Shown: positions 1 to 12,551 of the stretch, in pieces
Layout of the letters: each line of letters starts with the position of its first letter
Numbering within the stretch: the first letter of the stretch is position 1
Source: Balanoglossus misakiensis
Taxonomy: Eukaryota > Animalia > Hemichordata
NCBI GenBank assembly: GCA_040954595.2
Contig: CM082577.2
Location: forward strand, 11,937,654 to 12,001,653
Direction of reading: 5' to 3'
Length of the DNA stretch: 64,000 nucleotides
Notes under the pieces: generated by a model
Databases searched by the model: none
Seen by the model: the letters and a program-made list of their open reading frames with translations, nothing else
Told to the model about the DNA's origin: nothing
Program-made: the position numbers and the translations under genes

Positions 1-3000
1 TTGGCCTGCAGATGGATCTGTGGTGGTGATGGTGGTGATGGCTTTGGGCTGGACTGGACATGTGTACTGTATTTTTGTGATTGTTCGGTCATGCATAAGC
101 TCTTTTATATCTCCACAGAGTCATCACATTGGAAGATCTGAAGGCTGGACATTGGCCTGCAGATGGATCTGTGGTGGTGGTGATGGCTTTGGGCTGGACT
201 GGACATGTGTACTGTATTTTTGTGATTGTTCGGTCATGCATAAGCTCTTTTGTATCTCCACAGAGTCATCACGTTGGAAGATCTGACACTGGACATTGGC
301 CAGCAGATGGATCTGTGGTGGTGGTGATGGCTTTGGGCTGGACTGGACATGTGTACTGTATTTTTGCGATTGTTCGGTCATGCATAAGCTCTTTTGTATC
401 TCCACAGAGTCATCGCATTGGAAGTACTGAAGGCTGGACATTGGCCTGCAGATGGATCTGTGGTGGTGGTGATGGCTTTGGGCTGGACTGGACATGTGTA
501 CTGTATTTTTGCGATTGTTCGGTCATGCATAAGCTCTTTTGTATCTCCTCAGAGTCATCACGTTGGAAGATCTGAAGGCTGGACATTGGCTTGCAGATGG
601 ATCTGTGGTGGTGGTGGTGGTGATGGCTTTGGGCTGGACTGGACATGTGTACTGTATTTTGCGATTGTTCGGTCATGCATAAGCTCTTTTGTATCTCCAC
701 AGAGTCATCTGGTTGGAAGTACTAAAGGCTGGACATTGGCCTGCAGATGGAGCTTCAGTGGTAGTGGTGATGGCTTTGGGCTGGACTGGACATGTGTACT
801 GTATTTTTGCGATTGTTCGGTCATGCATAAGCTCTTTTGTATCTCCACAGAGTCATCATGTTGGAAGTACTGAAGGCTGGACATTGGCCTGCAGATGGAT
901 CTGTGGTGGTGGTGATGGCTTTGGGCTGGACTGGACATGTGTACTGTATTTTGCGATTGTTCGGTCATGCATAAGCTCTTTTGTATCTCCACAGAGTCAT
1001 CTGGTTGGAAGTACTAAAGGCTGGACATTGGCCTGCAGATGGAGCTTCAGTGGTAGTGGTGATGGCTTTGGGCTGGACTGGACATGTGTACTGTATTTTT
1101 GCGATTGTTCGGTCATGCATAAGCTATTTTGTATCTCCACAGAGTCATCTGGTTGGAAGATCTGGAGGCTGGACATTGGCCTGCAGATGGATCTGTGGTG
1201 GTGGTGATGGCTTTGGGCTGGACTGGACATGTGTACTCTATTATTGTGATTGTTCGGTCATGCATAAGCTCTTTTGTATCTCCACAGAGTCATCATGTTG
1301 GAAGTACTGAAGGCTGGACATTGGCCTGCAGATGGATCTGTGGTGGTGGTGATGGCTTTGGGCTGGACTGGACATGTGCACTCTATTTTTGCGATTGTTC
1401 GGTCATGCATAAGCTCTTTTGTATCTCCACAGAGTCATCACGTTGGAAGATCTGGAGGCTGGACATTGGCCTGCAGATGGATCTGTGGTGGTGGTGATGG
1501 CTTTGGGCTGGACTGGACATGTGTACTGTATTTTTGCAATTGTTCGGTCATGCATAAGCTCTTTTGTATCTCCACAGAGTCATCACGTTGGAGGATCTGA
1601 AGGCTGGACATTGGCCAGCAGATGGATCTGTGGTGGTGGTGATGGCTTTGGGCTGGACTGGACATGTGTACTGTATTTTTGCGATTGTTCGGTCATGCAT
1701 AAGCTCTTTTGTATCTCCACAGAGTCATCACGTTGGAAGATCTGAAGGCTGGACATTGGCTTGCAGATGGATCTGTGGTGGTGGTGGTGGTGATGGCTTT
1801 GGGCTGGACTGGACATGTGTACTGTATTTTTGCGATTGTTCGGTCATGCATAAGCTCTTTTGTATCTCCTCAGAGTCATCACGTTGGAAGATCTGAAGGC
1901 TGGACATTGGCTTGCAGATGGATCTGTGGTGGTGGTGGTGGTGATGGCTTTGGGCTGGACTGGACATGTGTACTGTATTTTTGCGATTGTTAGGTCATGC
2001 ATAAGCTCTTTTGTATCTCCACAGAGTCATCACGTTGGAGGATCTGAAGGCTGGACAGTGGCCTGTAGATGGATCTGTGGTGGTGGTGGTGGTGGTGGTG
2101 ATGGCTTTGGGCTGGACTGGACATGTGTACTGTATTTTTGCGATTGTTCGGTCATGCATAAGCTCTTTTGTATCTCCACAGAGTCATCATGTTGGAAGTA
2201 CTGAAGGCTGGACATTGGCCTGCAGATGGATCTGTGGTGGTGGTGATGGCTTTGGGCTGGACTGGACATGTGTACTGTATTTTGCGATTGTTCGGTCATG
2301 CATAAGCTCTTTTGTATCTCCACAGAGTCATCTGGTTGGAAGTACTAAAGGCTGGACATTGGCCTGCAGATGGAGCTTCAGTGGTAGTGGTGATGGCTTT
2401 GGGCTGGACTGGACATGTGTACTGTATTTTGCGATTGTTCGGTCATGCATAAGCTCTTTTGTATCTCCACAGAGTCATCTGGTTGGAAGTACTAAAGGCT
2501 GGACATTGGCCTGCAGATGGAGCTTCAGTGGTAGTGGTGATGGCTTTGGGCTGGACTGGACATGTGTACTGTATTTTTGCGATTGTTCGGTCATGCATAA
2601 GCTATTTTGTATCTCCACAGAGTCATCTGGTTGGAAGATCTGGAGGCTGGACATTGGCCTGCAGATGGATCTGTGGTGGTGGTGATGGCTTTGGGCTGGA
2701 CTGGACATGTGCACTCTATTTTTGCGATTGTTCGGTCATGCATAAGCTCTTTTGTATCTCCACAGAGTCATCATGTTGGAAGTACTGAAGGCTGGACATT
2801 GGCCTGCAGATGGATCTGTGGTGGTGGTGATGGCTTTGGGCTGGACTGGACATGTGCACTCTATTTTTGCGATTGTTCGGTCATGCATAAGCTCTTTTGT
2901 ATCTCCACAGAGTCATCACGTTGGAAGATCTGGAGGCTGGACATTGGCCTGCAGATGGATCTGTGGTGGTGGTGATGGCTTTGGGCTGGACTGGACATGT

Positions 3001-3385
3001 GTACTGTATTTTTGCAATTGTTCGGTCATGCATAAGCTCTTTTGTATCTCCACAGAGTCATCACGTTGGAGGATCTGAAGGCTGGACATTGGCCAGCAGA
3101 TGGATCTGTGGTGGTGGTGATGGCTTTGGGCTGGACTGGACATGTGTACTGTATTTTTGCGATTGTTCGGTCATGCATAAGCTCTTTTGTATCTCCACAG
3201 AGTCATCACGTTGGAGGATCTGAAGGCTGGACATTGGCCAGCAGATGGATCTGTGGTGGTGGTGATGGCTTTGGGCTGGACTGGACATGTGTACTGTATT
3301 TTTGCGATTGTTCGGTCATGCATAAGCTCTTTTGTATCTCCACAGAGTCATCTGGTTGGATGTACTGAATGCTGGACATTGGCTT
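1..3385. repeat. Tandem array of a ~145-bp unit (about 23 copies, runs off the left edge) with higher-order structure
   Basis: The unit ...CTCCACAGAGTCATCACGTTGGAAGATCTGAAGGCTGGACATTGGCCTGCAGATGGATCT(GTG)nATGGCTTTGGGCTGGACTGGACATGTG... recurs about every 145 bp, longer where (GTG)n expands. The variant order at 981-1745 recurs at 2459-3223 (offset 1478 bp). Confidence 0.97.
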
Positions 3386-4964
3386 CTTGGTTTGGTGGAT
3401 AGTGGACTGGTGGAACCCATTCTTGTGGGCACACATTGCACATCATACACATAAATGCCTCAATTTTTGCATATAATGATGTACTTCTTTTTGTTTTGTT
3501 CTGTCTACAGGTTCATGATGTTCATTTGATCGACGAGAGCTCCATCTGAAATCATCAAAAGGAAGATACCATCAGAACTGACTTTGTCAACGAGATTGAG
3601 TCTCACTGTGCCGGGGGTGAGGGATCATGGGGGGTGCTTGGGCCCTTTCCAGGGTTAATTAATTTGGTATTGTTTGAAGAATTAATGGATTAAGAAGCTG
3701 CAGCTTCCAATTTCAAAGCCGATAGTTGGTGGGACTTCTCCTTTAGATAGGGGCTCTCTCTGGAGTTTGGATCTGGAGAGAGCAATTGGCCGCCTTTGGG
3801 AAGGGGGCAGGGTCCTCTAGAGTAGGTGCCACCAAAACGGTCAAGCTTCACGCGCTGGTGGTGTTAGTACCGAAAATTGGAAGTTATTTTCCAATTTTTC
3901 GGGAACCAATGACCGTCCCCTTGTACCAGGAAAAAAATTGGATCGGGTTAAATATGAGTGAGATCGATTGGAATGGAGTCATCGTGCAGAAAACTGTTGG
4001 CAATGGCTTGAGGATCTTGACAACCACAAATCAGGTAAACATGTGCAGCTTATATCTCAATTTGACATTCCCATATGAACAAAATTGTGTCTTTGACACA
4101 AATGTTAAATGTACTGCACAGAGAAAATCTATTATTAGATGAGTTTTTGATCTGGCAAATACTAAATTATTCTCATGTACATGTGATCTGTTTTGCTGTA
4201 AAACAACAGGAGACATCCTTTTGGTAACAACAAAAATATAACTGTACTGGCAGAAGAAATCTTGAAGTGCCCATTATTTTAAGATTTTGGTTTCAAGTGA
4301 TTCATATGATTGCAATGGCTACTCAAGGGAGTTATCAAAATCAACAGAAATCCTAAATACAAAGCAGTACTTTCAACTTGGAAAATGTCGTCTGAGTGCA
4401 GATTATTCTTGAGCTGTATCCATTGCAAGTGATTGTAATTAATGCAATTCTCATTCAATCAACTATAGTACATGTTTTATGCTTGTTCATAGATCTCGAT
4501 GACCGAACATATCAATTGTGGAGAGTGGTCCAGTATTTTGATGCATTGTGATGGCAGAAGAAAACTAGATTTTCAAAGGTCAAGTTGCAAGTTCACAACA
4601 TTGACCTGTGGTCTCACACCCTGAGCACAGTCTTGAGGTAAGAAACAATACACTAGCCACTTATGAAGCAATTTCCATAGCAATGACTGAAGTATGCATA
4701 GGACATTTAGACTATTGAACGTGAGCAACTATAAAGAAATCTAAAAATTTATTAAGCTTTGCCTATGCTCAACACTAGAACCACATCAGAATCCACTACA
4801 GACGCAAAATGATGCCGGAAGTAAAAAAAAAAAGAGAAAAATGTTGCAAGCTGTTTCAGTGTGGGGTACTACTTTTCTAGTAACCGTGCTGTAACTTAAT
4901 ACAGCAATTGTCAAGATAGTTCTCGTCACCAAAATCATTTCTCAACATGGTGTCGTTTACCAGG

Positions 4965-5225
4965 TTCACACAGGGTAAAATTCGAAACAATTGTTGCCTA
5001 TGTTAAACACAGAGAACTATTCCTTTGAGTCTCCTTGTATCCACACACACAAAGTTAGGGGCTGAGGCTGAGTCCAATAGACAATGGGTTGCGGAGAGGT
5101 GTTAATCCTTACATTGGCTGGCAAGGCTGGCGTCTCAAATTTGAGACATTTCAGGGCCACTTATGCCAGTATATGACCTGAGATGTTTTAGAACAGTCTT
5201 AATGTTCCCTGTATGAGCCCCATAC
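4965..5225. repeat. Dispersed repeat, copy 1 (homologous to 26190-26485)
   Basis: Colinear shared blocks ACAGGGTAAAAT, AACACAGAG, CCTTTGAGTC, GGCTGAGGCT-like, ATGGGTTGCGGAGAGGTGT and CGTCTCAAAT.TGAGAC.TTTCAGG. Confidence 0.8.
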
Positions 5226-5604
5226 TTGGATGAAAACGAATGCATCTATTAATTATTAATTTTAATCACAATTTGCCAAACTGATGACGTGACATGTCCA
5301 AAAAGCATGATCACAAAATCCAGAACGAATTCATCCACTTATGAAAACGATGACCAAAGTATATAAATGAAATCCTAACCATTTTCATGTCACAGGAATG
5401 CCCTTGCTAGACAAAACAGTTGTCTGAAATTGTCCCCTTCTTCAGTAACCTCTGCATCTATTGATGGAGTAACCATGAAACGAACACAATCAATCACTTT
5501 CCAGATAACATTTGGGCCAATCAAGCAATCAATCAATCAGTCTGTTTGTATGCGTGTAGTTTTCCCCTAAACAATTATCTTGTCACTAAAAAAGGGGATT
5601 TTGG

Positions 5605-5874
5605 CTGAACAGTCTCTGTGCTTGTGTATTTTTCTGTGTTACCCCCAACTGTCTTATGAGTTGCTAATCCAGAATACAAGCTATCGAATTTCTCATTGAG
5701 CCAGAACACTTGCTGACTGTGTTCATTTAATCAACTTAATCCATGGATTGGGCATACAGATTGAGTTGTTAGCAGGTGCTTAATGGGATATTCGATAGCT
5801 TGTATTCTGAATTAGCAAATGATAAGAAAGGTGAGGGTAACACAGAAAAATAAACAAGCACAGAGACTGTTCAA
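5605..5874. mobile_element. MITE-like inverted-repeat element
   Basis: TGAACAGTCTCTGTGCTTG...AATACAAGCTATCGAAT (~5606-5690) is the reverse complement of ATTCGATAGCTTGTATT...CAAGCACAGAGACTGTTCA (~5790-5873). Confidence 0.8.
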
Positions 5875-5979
5875 CAAGTAAGGTTTATTGGGGGGGATGC
5901 AGATCAGAACTCCGTTATTTATTAACTTTAATGCTTGCAGCCCCCTGTTATGTGGTGTCGTATACCATGTATGGTATTT

Positions 5980-6560
5980 TCCGATTTTTGGAAATTACCA
6001 AAAATATGCAAATTAACTGGAAGAATGTGAGATTGGTCAGATTGATTTGAAAATTGGTATACATGTATCTTATGTCAACCACATGCAGTCCTGTACGTTT
6101 TGAGTTAATATTATATTTTTTTTCTTTTTATCCATTTTTGTTTTTTTTCCACATTTTTGGTAAAAAATCTGCTTTTCTGAAAATTTTCAGTCGTCTTCTT
6201 TGAAATTTGGTATGAAGCTTATATAGGTGATCTGAGTTCCATATTTTATTCAAATTGTTGAAAAATTTGCATATTTATAATTTTGTAGCAATTTTTGCCA
6301 TTTTTGGACAAAAATTGTTTTCTCTAAAACCGCTTGTCAGATTGCTTTGAAATTTGGTAGGCATGTTCTTAGGTGATCTGAGTAGCCATAGTTTTGTTAA
6401 AATTGTTGAAAAATTTGCATATTCCTAATTTTTGCCATTTTTGGACAAAAAATGTTTTCTTTATTAAAATCTGCTTGTCAGATTGCTTTGAAATTTGGTA
6501 GGCATGTTCTTAAGTGATCTGAGTTACTGTAGTTTTGTTCGAATTTGTTGAAAAATTCAT
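5980..6560. repeat. AT-rich element with internal ~140-bp tandem subunits (related copy at ~13170-13420)
   Basis: Recurring GCTTGTCAGATTGCTTTGAAATTTGGTAGGCATGTTCTT and TTTTTGCCATTTTTGGACAAAAA blocks; similar blocks occur at 13188-13400. Confidence 0.75.
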
Positions 6561-7572
6561 CTACAGCAATATTGAATTATGCCGCATCGACAGTCAAGTG
6601 CTGATACTATTGTATGTAATCGTAATAGTCTTGTGGGGAGTGGCGTCAATTTAGAGTGGGCACTGGCAAATGGTCAAACTAAAAGAGATATTGTTGTTGA
6701 AGTCTGTGATGATTATTTATGTCGATCGGAAACAGGTTATTGCATGTTGATAGTGGTGCTGGCTCTGGCAGTGATTCAGATGTTGATCCTCCTGAAGTAC
6801 TGGAGATGGGTGAGATTTTGTTCTGATGAAAGTGGTAGTGAAGGTGATGCTGATTTAAAGTTTTCTGTTGTTGATGATCTGGCGGAAACTGATTTAAGAA
6901 CAACTGAGATTGTTTGTGACCAGGGAGGGGGTTTTCCACACACAACAAACCACACAGCCAACACCTGCAATCACAGTGACACCCACATGTATACAGCAGA
7001 AAGTACACAATTCACAGTCTAGACCAACTCTTTGGCCTCAACAGCACATTGGTGATGGTGCTTCGGAATTTTCACAGGATATTGGTACTGAGCATGATTG
7101 TGGTGCGTCTGAAAGGCTTTTGCCCTCCACCCCCACCAAATTCTCACAATGCAATTGGTTACTGATGATTTACTTTGGGAAGAGAACCAAGTAGCTGAGA
7201 AGCGATTTATTTGTAACCAGGGAAGTCTTCGGAAAGTATTTCCACAACAGTGCCTGTTGAAAGGTTGTAGTTCTAATATTGTAAAGGTTACAGAGTATAT
7301 ATGCAGTTGGTTGCACCATAGTTATACGTTGGATGTGCAAATTGGGCACAATGGAGAGTGGACATCCTCAGTCAGATGGCATAATTGCTATACACTGCAG
7401 TGTGTTAATGGCAAGTTCCAAATTTTCCTCTGGAAACAATTATAGAAAATTTTCTTTGTTGTGCCAAGCCTTTAATTTACTTTGTGTATCTGAATCACTC
7501 GTTTGTATACTGCTCCAAAAATTAATTGGTTCTGGCAGAAAAAACAAAATATGATGTTTAGTGCATTGGAAG

Positions 7573-8591
7573 TGTGACTGAAGCCATGCAAAAAACGAAA
7601 GCAATTTTTGTTTTGATGTTGAGGGTGACGCATCAACGTTTGTTGCTGTCAAATCCTTGCTCGATGAAAAATAGTTCCGTTTTATTACGAGTTTCGATGT
7701 TGTAGATTCTTTAATGTTCACAGAGACAGGTGTTGTGACGTAATGTATACTTTTGAAGGTCATTGTAAACACATTAGTACACCATTTTTCGCGCAAAAGT
7801 TTCTCTAGAAGTTCGCTCTATGATTGTCGTATTACTACGCATTTTTTGCTGATTTATTCGACTTCGCTTATGGGACAGTGAAAGTTTACCGTCGGAACTC
7901 GCCTTGTACCCTTCGAAATTTCGTTCGTACTCGAAACTTCCTGATCCCAAGGCTTTTACAGGCCGCCAGCAAGGTATATTTTCAGTATTCATGGAGTTGT
8001 GAACTTTGTATTTTCGTCCAGATCAAACTCTGATGAGTTGCTGATTCATCGTCTCCATCAATCACGTACACAATGGTACATCCATCGAACTGTGTTGATG
8101 TTTCCTCAGATCCGTGTTTCGATCTCGATTAGACGTTTTGTATTTGTATTTACGTTTCAGTTTTTACGGTCTAAGATCTATGTGGTCTTTATGGTGTTGG
8201 TTTATTCGAAACCTCGGTGTTTTATTTTGAAGTCGTGTAAAGTCTTACTACGGTCGTTTCAAGATCTGGTCGCCTATGTAGCGATCACTCTATCGATTGA
8301 TGAATAAAACCTGAAGACCTAGTTGCAATGATTGTAGCGGGTGCTGCTTGGTTGACTGGTGTGTTCGCAGCATAACCGCTATAAGGCCTTGTGTGTAATT
8401 TACCAATCAACTTTCCGTCGACAACTCAGTTACGGTGTTTAACTCTTACCTCCAATAAAATTTGAAAACCGAACGGGCTGCATCCCCTGCAAAACACCTC
8501 TGACGGCCAAATTCCATTGCAGCTACCGAAGACCCGTATACGAAACTCGTCTCACAGACTTGAACCTTTCGAGAAAGCTTTGGCGGTCACA
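7573..8591 (+). mobile_element. Solo LTR with 5-bp TSD inserted in the transposase coding sequence
   Basis: Begins TGTGAC and ends GTCACA (TG..CA, 6-bp inverted ends). GGAAG flanks both sides (7568-7572, 8592-8596). AATAAA at ~8454. Transposase homology resumes on both sides. Confidence 0.85.
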
Positions 8592-9010
8592 GGAAGGTTG
8601 TGTTTCTAGCAGGGGATGGCAGAAGTGATTCACCTGGATTCTCCGCACAGTATTGTTCTTATACATTTATGGAGAATAGGCTGGGCTATTTATTGCATAG
8701 TGTTCTGACTGACAAGCGAGAAGTAGCCCTAAAGAGTCCAGTAATGGAAACACACGCCTTCAAGAAAGCTTTGTTGCTCCTGATGGAAAACTTAAATGTG
8801 CAGGAAGTACATGTAACCACAGATGCTAGTTCACAAATTATGTCTGTGATGAGTAAGTTGTATACCTTGGTAATTGGCCTTAGGCTTGAAATGTGCATAT
8901 GCATGGTACATAATTTGGTGATAAGATCCAGTAAAATGACATTTTTATTTTCAGTACATTACACATTGCAGTACTATGAGTTGCATCATTATTGTACAAT
9001 AATATGTTTA

Positions 9011-9425
9011 GGCCAGGAAGAAAAATAAATTGTTCATCGGAATCGCCGCTTCTACTTTGGCTGATTTGGAAAAAAAAATTTTTTTGGATCTCGGCAAATA
9101 TTCTACTTCCGTATTACAAAATTCTTAGTCACTGCCACTGGTGGCCAGACTATGTTGTGCAAACACCAACTGTAAAGTTAATTGCCTATGTTATTGTTGG
9201 GAAATATAGTATTGAATTGAGTTACAAGTACATGTATCAGTGTTTTTGTCTGAGATATTTCTGGTAAAAAGGGAAACAATTATCTCACCTTGTCGGCATC
9301 TGTGCAAATATGCCAGAGAACCGCATTTACCTTCAGCCTAAAAAAAAAAAAAAAAAAATATTCACTCCTGCTCCTGGAACTTGGTCCAAAAAATCCGATG
9401 AACAAGACTTTTTTTCTCTCTGGCC
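9011..9425. mobile_element. MITE with GGCC termini and TTA TSD (Zator/Harbinger-type)
   Basis: TTA|GGCCAGGAAGAAAAATAAATTGTTCATCGGA ... TCCGATGAACAAGACTTTTTTTCTCTCTGGCC|TTA. Confidence 0.8.
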
Positions 9426-9792
9426 TTAAATGAATTTTTTTTCAGCATTCACACAGCATATTTTATGTTAAGTGCAAACCAAAACAACTGGAAAATAATC
9501 TTTGGAATTCAAAAGTGCTGTCTTATTTATTTTTATCCTTTTTACCTCATATCTGCCACAGAATAAATGGACCAGTATCCTGCATCACGTGACAGGGACT
9601 CATGAATGGTTTGGAGGTTCATGTGATCATGGTCCCATTGATGATTCCACTAAATTTCTAGATGCCGATTCACCACCTATATGAAAGCTCTTCGACAGAT
9701 TGTAATGGACAGAAACCTTAAGTCATTAGTGTACTACACTAAATTTAGGTAATGTTCATGTAAAGTTATTATTATGTGTCAATTTTTCTGAC

Positions 9793-11346
9793 ATGATATT
9801 GAGCTCCATGAATACACCCACTTTTTCATCACAAATATCTTCAGCAATGACCACTTTAAATGACAATGAATACCCTTCCAGTCCGCAAAGCTACATTTCC
9901 CCACCTGCTTCAAGCCACCCTGCTGAACTGAAATACCAAAAGTTGTTACAGGATTTTGAAACTCTGAAGGCTAATTACAATAAGCTTAAAATGGCATATG
10001 GTATGTTTTTTTATGAGCATTGCCTTTTCCACATTGCATTGAATGTGATAACCCAAATCAGCCAAGATATTTAAGTTTGCCCATCACCTTTTTGGTGTAA
10101 TACACAATCTGAAACGTTGTCATCAAATTAAACATTGACAGTTTGAAATCCTATAGAAAGTCTGAGGAAACATGGGGAGAGATATTGGGTGCAGGGTTGA
10201 GTTACTGTGACAGTAACCAATTAATTGTCTGTAGTGTTCAGATATGTGCATGTTCCGTCAACTCATCAGATACATTCTCTTTTTGACTTTGAACATGAAA
10301 GTAATTCAAAGTCAATTTGCTTGTTAAGTTTTATTTTGGTTATTAGTGTGTCTCTAGCCTTATTTAGCTCTGTAATTGATGTAATGTTAAACATGAATTC
10401 ATGTTAGTTGATTGGAGAGGAAATTCAAGACAGTTTCCAGAAATCTCTGGCAAGAATTGGTGAATAAATTACATTTCCAAATTTGACTTTCATTGACCAT
10501 TTATTGTTTCTCTTGAACGGAACAGATGCAGAAAAAAAAAGAATTCTGCTGTGATATCTGTATCTTCAACTTTACAAGGACATTACACTCCCAAAAGAGG
10601 CATTCAGATTTCCAAGGCCAAATATGTAAGTTGTGTATAAGTATCATTATTATACATCTGGCACCAAGCTAGAACAATATAATTTGGCGTGCATTAAGAA
10701 GCCATACGGAATTGGCCCTATTTGAGGGGCCTCCACTACACTCAGCCACATATGTATTTCATGCATACATTCATTATTCATTTTAATTCCGTTCTTTCCA
10801 TATTAATTAAAGGTCATACTGTCATCTGCCGAGCAGACTCTACCTGCAGACTACGAAGTGCTGGTGGGGTCACAAGTAGCCGTACCCAAAAATTGGATGC
10901 CGCAGTTTCTTGGCAAAGTAAAAGAAAAGAGCAAATCATTTGCTATAAAGAAGCTCATGGACGGCTTGTTTGAGCCAGAAGAGTTGGCCGGGCAAAACTC
11001 ATCCACTTTCAAAGGGACAGAAAAGGAGCCTTTGGTTGAGGCAATTCAAAGTAAGTATACATATTTACAGTGTACTAGTATCTGTACACTCACTATTTCC
11101 TATTCTAGTAAAATTCAAGTTAATGCTAAATTTTTTGTCATGACAATATATTAACTCATGAATTCTCGCAATTTTATATACCAACATGTTAAGAATGCTT
11201 TCTTTCACATTTCAGTGTTTGGTTTGACCAAACTCGTCATGACAAGTGCTGAAGTAAATGCGGCATTCAACTCCAGATGTGGCACTTGTAAACGGTCGGT
11301 GAAATTGGGCCGTGTTTTGCGTGAAAACCAAAATGACAGTTGCTAA
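9793..11346 (+). CDS. Spliced BEN-domain protein with upstream coiled coil (5' end uncertain; probably transposon-borne)
   Basis: Exons ~9793-10000 (ELKYQKLLQDFETLKANYNKLK), ~10526-10625, ~10813-11050 (FAIKKLMDGLFEPEELAG...LVEAIQ) and 11216-11346 (TSAEVNAAFNSRCGTCKR), with GT-AG boundaries. The pattern matches the BEN consensus. Confidence 0.65.
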
Positions 11347-11679
11347 ATGATAGCTCCAACCAGTACCAGAGGAGTTGGCTGGATACAAAACTGTTCAGCA
11401 GCCAACAGGACCAAAGGGATCCCCTCAGCATCCACAGTGAGTATACATATCTACACACTCATGTTAATATAGTTGACATTTCAATGTTCTAGTAAAATAC
11501 AAATAAAAAAATTGTTATGACAATGTATGTTTTAATAGACATATACCAACATTTTAAGAATGTTTTCTTTTCACATTTTCAGTGTTTGGTTTGACCAAAC
11601 TCAACATGGTGACAGCTGCATTCAACTTGGGATGTGTGGACCATGAAATTTGGGAAATTCAGTCGTATTTTGTTCAATG

Positions 11680-12010
11680 AGAGAAAATTCAAATTTATTG
11701 TAGATTTTTCCAATCATTTCAATTTCTCAGTTTCCCATTTTTTTTTATTTCAATGGAAGTAAAATTCAGATTTAGTTTAGATTTATTGTAGACTTTTCCA
11801 AATGTTTCAATTTCTCAGTTTCCAATTTTTTTTATTTCAATGAAAGAGAAATTCAGATTTTTTGTAGATTTATTGTAGAGTTTTCCAATCGTTTCAATTT
11901 CTTAGTTTCCAATTTTTTTTTTATTTCAATGAAAGAGAAATTCAGATTTTTTGTAGATTTATTGTAGAGTTTTCCAATCGTTTCAGTTTCTCAGTTTCCA
12001 TTTTTTTAAA
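11680..12010. repeat. ~70-bp AT-rich tandem repeat downstream of the BEN gene
   Basis: ATTTATTGTAGA.TTTTCCAATCGTTTCAATTTCTCAGTTTCCAATTTTTTTTATTTCAATGAAAGAGAAATTCAG repeated about 4 times. Confidence 0.85.
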
Positions 12011-12289
12011 AATAAATCAGAGTTGATGTTATGAAGATATTGTGGTAAGTGTTTTCTTTTGATTGGCATCTACACAAGCTGTCCCTGTGGCATTTATGAA
12101 TATGTACATGCCAAAGTCAGATGAGAACATCTGCTGAATCAATGTACGGAAGTATGTGTCATTGCAAGCTTAAGACCAGAATGCAAGTAACGTATGTAGA
12201 AATCTTTCTAGAGGTCGGGCTGGGTGGGGTGGGGCCTGGGGAGGGGAGGGGAGGGGCCGGGCAGGGCCAAGGAAAGGAATAGGAGCAGA

Positions 12290-12551
12290 ATGTTGCGGCA
12301 CATACGCCGCAAAAACCCCTTTGATCAATTTTGCGGCACATACGCCGCAAAACCCCTGTTTTGGCATACGTGCCGCATATGTGCCACAAAGTTGCGGTAT
12401 GTTTACCACAACAGTTCGCCGCAACAGCTCATTTGCATGCAAAAATATGCATTAGCCGCGCATGCGCCACAAACAGCTGCGGTATATGTGCCGCAAAGTT
12501 GTGGTAAGTTTACCACAACTGTGCGCCAGAAGCCTTATTTTTTCGTAAGGG
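12290..12551. mobile_element. Right end of a CMC/EnSpm-like DNA transposon with subterminal repeats
   Basis: Clustered direct and inverted TGCGGCACATACGCCGCAAA-type motifs ending in TTTTTTCGTAAGGG (CCCTTACGAAAAAA on the minus strand). No matching left end was found. Confidence 0.55.

Noticed and set aside
1-3385. CRISPR-like array, or the many overlapping ORFs in the tandem repeat
   Set aside because: There are no unique spacers and the context is eukaryotic. The ORFs shift frame each unit because 145 is not a multiple of 3.
7440-8307. Short ORFs inside the 1-kb insertion
   Set aside because: No recognisable domain; the segment has solo-LTR hallmarks.
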